From the IMG/VR virus record IMGVR_UViG_3300003319_000229, positions 1 through 39,083 of that record: a stretch of 39,083 bases of DNA, one strand, 5' to 3'. The notes under the pieces are model-generated. The model was not told the DNA's origin. It was given only the letters and a program-made list of their open reading frames with translations, and did not search any database. The position numbers were made by a program, and so were the translations under genes. Shown here one piece after another: positions 23,012 through 32,433 of the stretch. The DNA is from a virus. How positions within the stretch are numbered: the first letter of the stretch is position 1; the number at the start of each line of letters is the position of its first letter.

Positions 23012-23442
23012 ATGCCAGTCAATATTTTGCAACAGGTTCAGACGTATAACGACTCGAACCTTGCCTTACTACTTAACTCATTTGCTTTTATTAGCACTAG
23101 TAACAAAAAGTTCGAACGGTTCAATGATAGTGTTCCGAAAAATTTGGGCGACACGGTTACGTTTGATCTACCTCCGCGATTCACCACTACGAATAGCTTG
23201 ATTGCAAGCTTTCAGGGTGCAGAACAGCGCGTACAACCATTAAAAGTTGATAAGCAGGCATCAACTTCTTACGAATTTACAGCGCAACAATTTATTTTTA
23301 ATGTTCGCGATTACATGGAAAAATTCGGTAAATCAGCGATTGCGGAACTTGGCACACAAGTAGAAGCAGATGTCGCAGAACTTGCCGAAACGAATACTTT
23401 CCGTTTTTATGGGGATGGTGTAACACCGATTTCGACATACCT
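23012..23442 (+). CDS. major capsid protein, exon 1
   Basis: ATG at 23012 follows GGGAG. It reads MPVNILQQVQTYND...FRFYGDGVTPISTY and ends at a U that can pair with G of an internal guide. The track ORF runs on to a TAG inside the intron. Confidence 0.65.
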
Positions 23443-23694
23443 TAAGTTTAGGGTCGCTGCCTAGTAATAGGCAGATGTAACTGGGTGAACTCAGGGGAAA
23501 TCTCAAGTAGATAATCCTGATCCAAGCCTCAAAAGATCGAGGAAGGAGCAACGACTAGGTCGAAAGACCGTACTCTCAAGTGAGAGGAAGCGCCCAGCTC
23601 CACGAAAGTGGATGAAGATATAGTCTAATCTACCGAGAGATCGGTAGCAGCCGAAAGGCGAAGCAAGATTAACGACCTTGTTTGAATATGAATG
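23443..23694 (+). ncRNA. group I self-splicing intron, ORF-less (IA-like architecture)
   Basis: A P1 with a U.G wobble, R-like gcaacgactagg and S-like gaagatatagtc (P7), a ctggg/cccag P3 and several GNRA-capped hairpins are present. The terminal base is G at 23694. Length is 252 nt (a multiple of 3), and removal restores one ORF. Confidence 0.75.
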
Positions 23695-24508
23695 ACAACT
23701 CGCAAATGCATTAGCCTTCTTTAGAAACTTTGGGGCTGCTAAAGATAATACTAAAGGCTATTTGTCTGACTTGACTTTCCCTGCTGTCGTAAACAGTGGA
23801 TTAAATCAATTCACTTTGAATCGCGGCAATCGCGAAGCAAATAGCTGGGAAATTGGTGCATTCTCTAATTGTGAATGGTATCAATCAAATCTTTTGAAAA
23901 CCCATGTAGCGGGAACTGAGGGTAACGCAGGTGCTGCTTTAACTGTCGTAAGCGTTGTAACCAATGCAGATGGCGGCGTGATACAAATTACTTTTAGTGG
24001 TACAACTGCTGCAAGTGATCCTGATTCCATTAAAGCCTATGACAAGTTCATGTTTAGTGATGGCATTTCTGGAAAGCCAAATCTTCGCTTCTTAACATTC
24101 ATCGGACACAAACCAAGTCAAAGCCCTGTGCAATTCAGAGCAACTGCTGATGCTGCATCTACCGCTGGCTCTCAGGTAACAGTTGATATTTATCCACCCT
24201 TACAAGCGACAGCTGGAAAGAACCAAAACATCAACAATGCGATTGTTGCAGGCATGCAAGTAACCGTACTGCCTGATCATCGATGCGGTTTGATTATGTC
24301 TGGTAATCCGTTGTTTTTAGCTATGCCAAAGCTTCCGGAAGAAGTTCCCTATCCAACATCTGATTCGATGGATCCAAATAGTGGTGCTTCTATTCGTATG
24401 TACTACGGCTCGCTCTTTGGACAGAATCAACGTGGAACCATTCATGATGTCATCTGGGGTAAAACGTTGGTTGATGAATATGCAATGATGGTCGCATTGC
24501 CAGTTTAA
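23695..24508 (+). CDS. major capsid protein, exon 2
   Basis: The frame is open from 23696 (QLANALAFFRNFGAAKDNTKGYLSDL...), well upstream of the TTG at 23762 used by the track. It is in the same frame as exon 1. The spliced product would be 414 aa. Confidence 0.65.
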
Positions 24509-24516
24509 CATACAAA

Positions 24517-24540
24517 TGACCCCTATGTAAATAGGGGTCA
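24517..24540 (+). other. strong stem-loop after the capsid gene (no U-tract)
   Basis: A 10-bp stem tgacccctat/ataggggtca is capped by GTAA. Confidence 0.6.
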
Positions 24541-24574
24541 AGTAAAATATTAAAAAATTTTCAGGAGAATCAGC

Positions 24575-25375
24575 ATGAGCGCGATCCCTCAGACGCCAAT
24601 TGTTAATGCTGGCAATGTTTACGTAAATGGACTTAATGTGGGATGGGGAAGCAATTCAACCATCACTATTACTCAAGGTCTCGCAAGAGACAGTCTGAAT
24701 GTAAATGATATTATTTTAGGTACATTTGATACTGGATCGCCTTTGTGGACGAACATAGCAGCCACAATTGATGGAGATGTTATTGGTGCAAATGGAATGG
24801 ATAGAGCGGTCGCTGCGGTTAGCACACGATACTCTGTTTTTGTCATAGGGGATTCTACAGGATACCACCCAAGCGCGGGCTTATTAAGCCCAAGCTCGAA
24901 TAATCCTATCCTTCCGCTTGGCTATGACATGTTCAGACGAATCGGTGTAGTTGCAACTGATGGATCAGCCCATTTCTTAAAGATATCACAATACGGACAA
25001 GGGCTTTATAGGACTAATTTTTTAGATGTTGGGATCAATGTTTTAACAGCAGGAAACGCCACATCTTTCACCGAATTAAATTTAGAAGGTCTTGCAAAGG
25101 CATTTCCATCTATCCCATGCAAAGCCTATCTCAAAGTTAATTATACACCCGCTTCTGCCACCAATATAGCTCATTTCTTGCCATTCGGATCAACTGCAAC
25201 GAATGGAATAGTGGTTTTTGGCACAGGCGTTGCGGGAGCGCAGCAAGGAATTATTGAAGTTCCCACCGCAGGTGGCCCGGGAGCATCTTCAATACTTTAT
25301 AAAGTATCCAATGCAGGGGATTCTTTAACCCTCGATGTCATTGGTTTCGATGATTATTTATACGGAGCAGCTTAA
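24575..25375 (+). CDS. virion structural protein, tandem paralog A
   Basis: MSAIPQTPIVNAGNVYVNGL...ARDSLNVNDI...GANGMDR...YSVFVIGDSTGY...PILPLGYDMFRRIG aligns throughout with the next gene. Confidence 0.6.
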   Translation: MSAIPQTPIVNAGNVYVNGLNVGWGSNSTITITQGLARDSLNVNDIILGTFDTGSPLWTNIAATIDGDVIGANGMDRAVAAVSTRYSVFVIGDSTGYHPSAGLLSPSSNNPILPLGYDMFRRIGVVATDGSAHFLKISQYGQGLYRTNFLDVGINVLTAGNATSFTELNLEGLAKAFPSIPCKAYLKVNYTPASATNIAHFLPFGSTATNGIVVFGTGVAGAQQGIIEVPTAGGPGASSILYKVSNAGDSLTLDVIGFDDYLYGAA

Positions 25376-25390
25376 TTCAAGGAGATTAAC

Positions 25391-26173
25391 ATGACTGCAA
25401 TTCCCCAAACCCCGATTGTAAACGCAGGTGAACGATATATTACAGGTCTGTCACTTGCATGGGTTGATGATACACATATTACGATCAGCGAAGGTCAGGC
25501 AAGAGATAGCTTAAATATTAATGACATCAGTCTTGGCACTTATGTTTTTAATGAAGAAACAGTAGGTGCAACCATTAATATTGGTGTAGTTGGCGCGAAT
25601 GGAACAGATCGTCCAGTTGCGGCTAGTTCACGTTATGCAATTTTCGTAATCGGTGACTCGACAGGATATAATGCATCAGCAGGTCTCGCATCTGTTAGCA
25701 CAAATGATCCCATCCTTCCCAAAGGCTACGATATGTTTAGACGTGTTGGATTTGTTTCAACCGATGGATCAACGCATATCAGGAAGTTCTATCAATATGG
25801 CGAAGGAATGATTCGATCATATTACTTCGATGTTCCGGAAACTCTTTTGTCAGGTGGAAGTGATACTTCTTTTACAGCTGTCACATTAACAGCAAGTTTA
25901 GGCGGCCTTCCTATCTCTACTGAAGTGCTTTTAGGAGTGACATATACACCTAATAGCGCTGCAAACGTAGCTCATTTCTTGCCAGATGGCTCAACGGCTA
26001 CAAATGGTTTAGTTCGCTTTGGGTGTGGTGTTGCAGCCGTACAACAAGGAACTATTACTGTGCCTGCGATCGGAGCACTTGGAACCACTAAATTTCTTTA
26101 CAAGGTCTCTGCAAGCGATTCATTGACGCTGACAATGGCTGGCTATAAAGATTATTTATATCCGCCTCAGTAA
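25391..26173 (+). CDS. virion structural protein, tandem paralog B
   Basis: MTAIPQTPIVNAGERYITGL...ARDSLNINDI...GANGTDR...YAIFVIGDSTGY...PILPKGYDMFRRVG. Confidence 0.6.
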   Translation: MTAIPQTPIVNAGERYITGLSLAWVDDTHITISEGQARDSLNINDISLGTYVFNEETVGATINIGVVGANGTDRPVAASSRYAIFVIGDSTGYNASAGLASVSTNDPILPKGYDMFRRVGFVSTDGSTHIRKFYQYGEGMIRSYYFDVPETLLSGGSDTSFTAVTLTASLGGLPISTEVLLGVTYTPNSAANVAHFLPDGSTATNGLVRFGCGVAAVQQGTITVPAIGALGTTKFLYKVSASDSLTLTMAGYKDYLYPPQ

Positions 26174-26187
26174 ACAATCGATTATTA

Positions 26188-26205
26188 AGCCCTCGAAAGA
26201 GGGCT
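26188..26205 (+). other. GAAA-capped stem-loop
   Basis: A 7-bp stem agccctc-gaaa-gagggct with no U-tract. Confidence 0.5.
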
Positions 26206-26219
26206 AATAGCGAGGTTAT

Positions 26220-26927
26220 ATGGCCTACACGACAACAGAATTGATTGTTGGGTCTTTCACTGCGAGCGGCGTTGTTTCAAAAGAATTTGAAACAGTGAGC
26301 GGCGAGCAAATACACGAAGGACTTCTCTGGTTAAACGATATCATTGGCGAAAAAGATGTTGATCAAGCCATGATACCGTATGAAAGCACTTATACGGCGA
26401 ATTTTGTAACCGGACAAGAAATTTACAGTATTCCGAATCTTATTACAGTAGATACGCTCGTCTTTTATTTAGACCAAGTGCGATACGCGATGCAATATAC
26501 AAAGCGTAATAAGTATTTCGGTTCCAGTCGTGTAGAAAACATCCAAACCTTACCATTTGAATGGTATTTTGAAAGGGAATTTGGCGGTGGAAATCTTTAC
26601 ATATATTTTAAACCAGATCGAAATTATCCGATGGAAATTCATGGTATTTTTCGGCTACCCTCGGTTACGCTTGGGCAAGACTTAAGTTTAACGCTTGATC
26701 AATTTTATAGAACCTATTTACGCTATGCATTAGCAGATCGTATTTGCTCGGAATATAACTTTGCAACTCCTCCGAATGTGATTCGTCAATTAAGTAAATA
26801 CGAATCATGGATTGCCAAAAAATCTCGATTGATTGATCTTCGCTTAACGAAATCATCCACTCTACAAAAACGTGGTGGCTTTAACTACGCGTTCGCGAAT
26901 TTAGGAAAAGGCTGGTGGCCAGTATGA
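26220..26927 (+). CDS. head-to-tail adaptor-like protein (putative)
   Basis: Assigned from its position just upstream of the hub-like gene and its size (235 aa). The LNDIIGEKDV segment is reminiscent of podovirus adaptor N-termini. Weak. Confidence 0.35.
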   Translation: MAYTTTELIVGSFTASGVVSKEFETVSGEQIHEGLLWLNDIIGEKDVDQAMIPYESTYTANFVTGQEIYSIPNLITVDTLVFYLDQVRYAMQYTKRNKYFGSSRVENIQTLPFEWYFEREFGGGNLYIYFKPDRNYPMEIHGIFRLPSVTLGQDLSLTLDQFYRTYLRYALADRICSEYNFATPPNVIRQLSKYESWIAKKSRLIDLRLTKSSTLQKRGGFNYAFANLGKGWWPV

Positions 26928-28510
26928 GCGCTTCACGAGCCGTACAAAATGCTGAACAAGTGCCTATCAATATCGTAGGTTCAAGCACGTTTGGGATTTA
27001 TCCTAAAATTAGCGCTGAACGCACTTACAATATGTTTATCTCCGATGGTTGGTTAATTAATTACGCTGGATTTAAAAAGAAAATTCAGTTCACATCAACC
27101 GGCCAAGGAAGAGCGTTATTTCGTTCAATACGCGGTGGATTTTTAATCGCGGTTGAAGGAAATAGCGTTTTTCGTTTGAATGATAATTTAGTTCCGATTC
27201 TTTTAGGACAGTTAAATACTACCACTGGATTTGTGTCGATTGCTGAAAACCTATCAAGCCAAATATGTTTGGTAGATGGTGAAAAAGCATATATTTATAA
27301 TTACTCAAACAATACATTTACCGTTCAGAGTTTAGTGTTTGTTGGAAATCCTGTCATACCGAATTATGTGAGCTATCACAATTCATTCTTTTTAATAGCA
27401 TCATCTAAGACAAGCATTAATCCGCAGTTTTGGTATGCTTTTGAACGTGATACCGATACTACAATCAAGGTTAATAAACAATTTGAAATTCAGACTAAAT
27501 CAGATTTTGCATTATCGGTTGTGCGTCTTCCTGGGAGAGGAAATAACGTTATTGTGCTTGGATCAAGTGTAGCAGAGATTTGGACGCAAGTGGGCGCCGA
27601 AGAAAACTATAGACGTGTTCAGTCATTCAATATCGATAATGGCGTTGTTTCTGTCGAGACAATTGCAGCAAGTGAGGAGTTTGTAGCGTGGCTTGCACAA
27701 AATGAAAATAATTCCCCTGTCATTATGGTAACAGATGGCGGATCAACAAAAAGAATTTCAACAGATGGGATAGACCATATTCTTTCGCTGATCACTCATC
27801 CTGATCAATCAAGCGGATTTTTCTATCGACAAGATGGGCATTTGTTTTATCAACTGACGTTTTACCATCCTGATGACAATCTAACATTGATTCATGACTT
27901 CACAACCAATATGTTTTTTGATGTGGTTGATGAAAAGATGAATTACCATCCAGCGCGTCAGGTGGTTTATTTCAATGAACGTACTTATTTCACATCGATC
28001 AATGATGCAAGTATTTATGAAATGAGCCCTTCTCTTATTACATATGATTATGATACGACGCCTAATACAGTGGGTAATGAAATACCACGCATTAGAATTT
28101 GTAAATCTGTCAGAAAAGAAGATTCATCTATTTTTCGAGCAGGAATGTTTACGTTTTGGATCGAGCAAGGCGTTAATAAATATTATCTGACTTCTGATCC
28201 TACAGATTGCCAAGGCTTTGTTATAGCACAAAACGGTGATTTTATTATCGCGCAAAATGGAGATTTCATTATCACAGAAGATTTTGCATGTAATGATAAT
28301 CAATTTATTCCACGTGTTGATATGTCATTTTCAAAAAATGGCAATCAATCATTTAGCAATATTGTAGGACGAGAGCTTAATCCAGCAGGAAAATATCGTA
28401 ATCAGATTCGTTGGTATCAGATGGGTCAAGCGAATGAATTTACGATTCAGTTGCGCTTCTGGGGATTTCAAAGATTTGTATGTGGCAATGGCGTTTTGGA
28501 GGTGTATTGA
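26924..28510 (+). CDS. tail hub / DNA-stabilization-type protein (P22 gp10-like, putative)
   Basis: The 528-aa product has repeated beta-strand blocks. Its C-terminus, SFSKNGNQSFSNIVGRELNPAGKYRNQIRWYQMGQANEFTIQLRF, resembles the C-terminal pattern remembered for P22 gp10. The ATG at 26924 overlaps the upstream stop (ATGA). Confidence 0.45.
   Translation: MSASRAVQNAEQVPINIVGSSTFGIYPKISAERTYNMFISDGWLINYAGFKKKIQFTSTGQGRALFRSIRGGFLIAVEGNSVFRLNDNLVPILLGQLNTTTGFVSIAENLSSQICLVDGEKAYIYNYSNNTFTVQSLVFVGNPVIPNYVSYHNSFFLIASSKTSINPQFWYAFERDTDTTIKVNKQFEIQTKSDFALSVVRLPGRGNNVIVLGSSVAEIWTQVGAEENYRRVQSFNIDNGVVSVETIAASEEFVAWLAQNENNSPVIMVTDGGSTKRISTDGIDHILSLITHPDQSSGFFYRQDGHLFYQLTFYHPDDNLTLIHDFTTNMFFDVVDEKMNYHPARQVVYFNERTYFTSINDASIYEMSPSLITYDYDTTPNTVGNEIPRIRICKSVRKEDSSIFRAGMFTFWIEQGVNKYYLTSDPTDCQGFVIAQNGDFIIAQNGDFIITEDFACNDNQFIPRVDMSFSKNGNQSFSNIVGRELNPAGKYRNQIRWYQMGQANEFTIQLRFWGFQRFVCGNGVLEVY
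28226..28273 (+). repeat. 2 x 24-nt tandem repeat inside the hub-like gene
   Basis: gcacaaaacggtgattttattatc / gcgcaaaatggagatttcattatc encode AQNGDFII twice. Confidence 0.8.
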
Positions 28511-28860
28511 TGACTATTACAGCGCTTCCTGCGTTTTTTGATATGGACTATACGGATAAGAACGGAAAGATGACTAATGATGCGTATCTCTATAATGATC
28601 AAACGTTTCAGGTTTTGAATTTATTGATCAATATGTTTAATGGATTTGCGCAAACACTCACAGTCGATCAGGCAGCGTTACAGGCGGTAGGAATTAATGC
28701 ACCAGCTTTATTGGGCATTACGCCACCGTCTTACACAACGGCGCAGATTACGGCAATAGAGCCATTCGTGATTGTAGGTACACAATGGTTTAACACGAGC
28801 ATTTCAAAGTTGCAGGTTAAAACAGCGAGCGGTGTGATTGAAACAATTACCAGTACGTAA
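28510..28860 (+). CDS. hypothetical virion protein (116 aa)
   Basis: ATG at 28510 overlaps the upstream stop, with GGAGG upstream. Confidence 0.5.
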   Translation: MTITALPAFFDMDYTDKNGKMTNDAYLYNDQTFQVLNLLINMFNGFAQTLTVDQAALQAVGINAPALLGITPPSYTTAQITAIEPFVIVGTQWFNTSISKLQVKTASGVIETITST

Positions 28861-28871
28861 AGGATTACGAT

Positions 28872-29510
28872 ATGGGAATATTTGATGATTTATTTGGGGG
28901 CGGCAAAAATCCAGCGGATGCCGCAATGCCTTATTACAAGCAAATCGCCCCGATGGAAAGGCAAAATTACAATCCGTACATTCAGCGTGGAAATGCGGCT
29001 TACGATATATTTAACCCTATTTATAGCTCTATGGCGTCTGACCCCGCTGCATTTCTTCAAAAGATGATGGGTGGCTATACAGCCTCAAAAGATTATCAAT
29101 TAAAACGTGATGAAATGAATCGAGCCGCTGGAAATACAGCAGCAGCAGGCGGCATGCGCGGGAGCTTATCGGATATATCAAACGAAGCTCGCATTGATGA
29201 TTATCTTATGGGTCAGGATATGCAGAACTGGCTAGCGAATGTCATGAAGCTTCAAGGAGCTGGCTTAGAAGGAGAACAGCATCTCTACGATACCGGATTT
29301 AATGCAACGCAAGGATTAACTAGCGATTTAGCCAATATATTTGGAACACAAGGCCAATTGGCATTTCAAGGACAGCGTGAAAACAACCAATCACGAAATG
29401 ATTGGCTTGAAGGAATCATGAAAGGAATTGGGACTGTTGGTGGATTTGAAATGCCTACAGGTGGTCAGGGCGGCAGTATTTTTGGTCGATTTGCCAGTAA
29501 GTTTTTTTAA
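28872..29510 (+). CDS. internal virion / ejection protein candidate (212 aa)
   Basis: Gly/Gln/Met-rich sequence, placed after the tail hub as in podoviruses. Confidence 0.4.
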   Translation: MGIFDDLFGGGKNPADAAMPYYKQIAPMERQNYNPYIQRGNAAYDIFNPIYSSMASDPAAFLQKMMGGYTASKDYQLKRDEMNRAAGNTAAAGGMRGSLSDISNEARIDDYLMGQDMQNWLANVMKLQGAGLEGEQHLYDTGFNATQGLTSDLANIFGTQGQLAFQGQRENNQSRNDWLEGIMKGIGTVGGFEMPTGGQGGSIFGRFASKFF

Positions 29511-29519
29511 GAGGTTAAT

Positions 29520-30605
29520 ATGCCATTTCAACCTATTAACTATGCAAACATTCAGCCACAAGGTTCGCCTTGGTTGCGGAATCTTTTTGATAATCTTGCA
29601 TCAGGATATCAGATTGGGCAAATGCCTGCGCAGATGGAAAGAGATGCTCAGAAGCAAAGATTGCTTAATGCTTTTCAGGAAATGAAGAACCAAGAAGAGC
29701 CGCAACGATTCAGTTCAGAGCAGCTCAATGATAAAACCAGAAGAGCATTTGAAGAAGCGCAAATCGGGAAAATTAATCGAGAAGCTTCACTTCCTTTTGG
29801 CGGTAAAATTCCACCCGGAAGCATAGGACAAGCCATTTGGGTAGATATGATCGGAAAACAATATGGATCAAACAGCCCTCAATATATTGCCGCAAAGACT
29901 GCTTATGATACTGATTTACATAAAGAGCAAACCTTGGATGCTTATTATAACAAGTTGCTCAGCACCGCAGACAAACGAGCTTCTAGCCCGCTTGCCAAAG
30001 TTGATCAAGATTTAGAAGACGCGCAGGAAGGTTTTATGCCGGGAACTGGGCGTACAAAGCCAATATCAGGCAATGAACAACAAGATATTGTTAATACTCT
30101 TATGCTAGATAGGCAGAAAAAAGTATCTGATTATCAAACAAGAGCAAAAACACTGTATGCAAAAAATATAGAGGCAACCATAGGTCAAATAGATTCTAAA
30201 GATTTAACACAATACGGCGGCCTTAATGGTCAATTAAAATTAAAAGCAGATACGGCAGCGGCTTCTGTTGGAAGACCTCCTGATAGATATTTGAATTATC
30301 AAAAAGCCGTAACAAACGCACAATTAATGGCCAAACAGGTAAGACAATTCTATGGCGACTCCATACAACCTTCTGTTGGCGAAGAGCTGAATTATTTATC
30401 TAATCCAGTCTCATGGACTAATGATCCGAAAACCGCCTTAACAAGATATAACGCCTTTATAAAAACTCTTGGAATCGAAACCGGAACTTATACGAGGGCT
30501 CTTAAATCACCCTCTGCTTATGAAGGTGTTCCGACACCACCAAATAAATTCGATGGTGTTTCAACGGAAGAGCTGATGAGGCAATACAAGAGAGGTAAGA
30601 AATAA
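29520..30605 (+). CDS. internal virion / ejection protein candidate (361 aa)
   Basis: Assigned from position and composition only. Confidence 0.4.
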   Translation: MPFQPINYANIQPQGSPWLRNLFDNLASGYQIGQMPAQMERDAQKQRLLNAFQEMKNQEEPQRFSSEQLNDKTRRAFEEAQIGKINREASLPFGGKIPPGSIGQAIWVDMIGKQYGSNSPQYIAAKTAYDTDLHKEQTLDAYYNKLLSTADKRASSPLAKVDQDLEDAQEGFMPGTGRTKPISGNEQQDIVNTLMLDRQKKVSDYQTRAKTLYAKNIEATIGQIDSKDLTQYGGLNGQLKLKADTAAASVGRPPDRYLNYQKAVTNAQLMAKQVRQFYGDSIQPSVGEELNYLSNPVSWTNDPKTALTRYNAFIKTLGIETGTYTRALKSPSAYEGVPTPPNKFDGVSTEELMRQYKRGKK

Positions 30606-32395
30606 TGGATTACTCTCATGATGAGGTAGAGCAAGAGCTTATTAGGCGAGGAGCGTTGCCTCCTAATGCGCCCAGCTTTTCTCAACAAGAAATTGAGGAC
30701 GAATTAAAAAGAAGAGGAGTTAACCCAAGTCCTAATTCGATTGACACTTTTCTTGGCGCGATGGAAAAGCCAACGTCTGATATGTTTAGTCCAGATGAAA
30801 CAATGATTAATCAAATGACATTAATGGCTATGCCCGAAGGAAGAATAATTTCGCCTCTTCTTAAAACAGCACGCAATATTCCATTTGTCGAAAAACTTGC
30901 GGGGATGATAGATCAAAGTCATCCTTTTGCTAGGGGAATTTTAAAATCATTAGGCGCTGGAACAGAAGGGGCAATAACGGGCGCTGCGGCTTTTCCTCTT
31001 GATAAAACAGCCGGCGCACTTGCCGGTCTAGCTTTTGGAGGAGTTGGATATCCTTTATTTAAAGGCGGTCAATGGGCTTTTAATGCATTAAGGCCGTCAA
31101 ATTTATTTCGGGGAAACGCGACACCTGAGCAGATGGCCCGAAATGTTGAAGCGGCCCAAGGTGTTCCTGTTGGTCTTGGAAATATAGTTGAAAATCCGTT
31201 AATGAAAGCCGGAATCGAAAATCTAGCTGCAAAACTTCCTTTCTCTGGCGCGCATCAAAAACTTGCTGAAACAGGGCAAGCTATAAAGAATCAAGCAGAA
31301 GATATAGTTTCAAACTATCTTCCTGAAAATATTCCGCCATCAGAGGTAAGTGAAAAGCTTGGAGAGGCTTTGATAAATGCAAAAAATCAGGCTGAAAAGA
31401 CGAAACGAAATGCATACAAATCAGCGAATAATATGGCAGAAAAAGAAGGGCTACAATTAACTCTTCCACGTTTTTCAAAAAGCGCAAATAAATATGTTCA
31501 ATCTATCGAAAATACAACAATGCTTCAATATGAACCAGAAACAAAGGCATTAATTCAACGATTGAAAAATTATAAAAATCCTGTCAAATCTTCTTCGTCC
31601 GAAGGTTTGATTGTCGACAAAGAAGGAAATCCAATAATAAATGAAACCAATGTTAAGTATCCATCTTTGGAAGAAGCTAATACTCTAGCTGGAAGACTAA
31701 ATGAACTTTCAAGAAAATTTAAGTCATCTGTAGATTCAACACAAAGAGGTGCTGGCACTATATTAGGAAAACTTGGAAGCGCTCTCAAAACTGATATAAA
31801 ACGATCAATTGATAAAAGCGGATCAAGCGAATTAAAAGAAGAGTTTGAGAATGCAGAAAAAAATTATGCAGAAAATTATCATCCCTTTTTAGATAAAGAC
31901 CTTTTGCAATTTACAGAAAACAACAGGCCACCTGAAGATATTGTGGCAACTTTTTTACAAAATTCAAAAAAATCCGACAGAGTAACTCAGCTCTCTAAAT
32001 TATTAGATAGACTTAATGAGGATCAAAAAGATTTAGTGCGCTATAGCTATTTTTCAAGGGCTCTCGAAGGAGAAGAGGATGCAAAAACAGTTAATCCAAA
32101 TAAATTAAAAACATTGTGGTCTAGCTTGGGGGACAATCAAAAAAGAACTCTTATTCCAAACAAAGCCGAAAGACAGAAATTTGATAATTTTTCAAATTTA
32201 ACAGGGAGCAATCAAGCTGCGTTGAGCTTGATGTCTAATCCAATAACAGGTCATCAATTAAGTGTTAAATATTTACTAAAAGCACCTTTCGGAATCGCAG
32301 CAAGACCATTTGTTAATAAATTAACTTCAGAAGAGTATAGAAATAAAATTGTTAAACAAATTATGGAAAGCTATCAAAAAGAGAATAAAGCTTAA
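30605..32395 (+). CDS. internal virion / ejection protein candidate (596 aa)
   Basis: Coupled start (TAATG). It has a Gly/Ala-rich hydrophobic segment (GAGTEGAITGAAAFPLDKTAGALAGLAFGGVGYPLF). No lysozyme motif was seen. Confidence 0.4.
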   Translation: MDYSHDEVEQELIRRGALPPNAPSFSQQEIEDELKRRGVNPSPNSIDTFLGAMEKPTSDMFSPDETMINQMTLMAMPEGRIISPLLKTARNIPFVEKLAGMIDQSHPFARGILKSLGAGTEGAITGAAAFPLDKTAGALAGLAFGGVGYPLFKGGQWAFNALRPSNLFRGNATPEQMARNVEAAQGVPVGLGNIVENPLMKAGIENLAAKLPFSGAHQKLAETGQAIKNQAEDIVSNYLPENIPPSEVSEKLGEALINAKNQAEKTKRNAYKSANNMAEKEGLQLTLPRFSKSANKYVQSIENTTMLQYEPETKALIQRLKNYKNPVKSSSSEGLIVDKEGNPIINETNVKYPSLEEANTLAGRLNELSRKFKSSVDSTQRGAGTILGKLGSALKTDIKRSIDKSGSSELKEEFENAEKNYAENYHPFLDKDLLQFTENNRPPEDIVATFLQNSKKSDRVTQLSKLLDRLNEDQKDLVRYSYFSRALEGEEDAKTVNPNKLKTLWSSLGDNQKRTLIPNKAERQKFDNFSNLTGSNQAALSLMSNPITGHQLSVKYLLKAPFGIAARPFVNKLTSEEYRNKIVKQIMESYQKENKA

Positions 32396-32433
32396 AATTA
32401 AAAAATAAATGCTGAGATTGTCAAGGAGGACAA

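Noticed and set aside
23465-23761. Homing endonuclease or other ORF inside the capsid-gene intron
   Set aside because: No open frame of meaningful length exists on either strand in this interval. The intron appears to be ORF-less.
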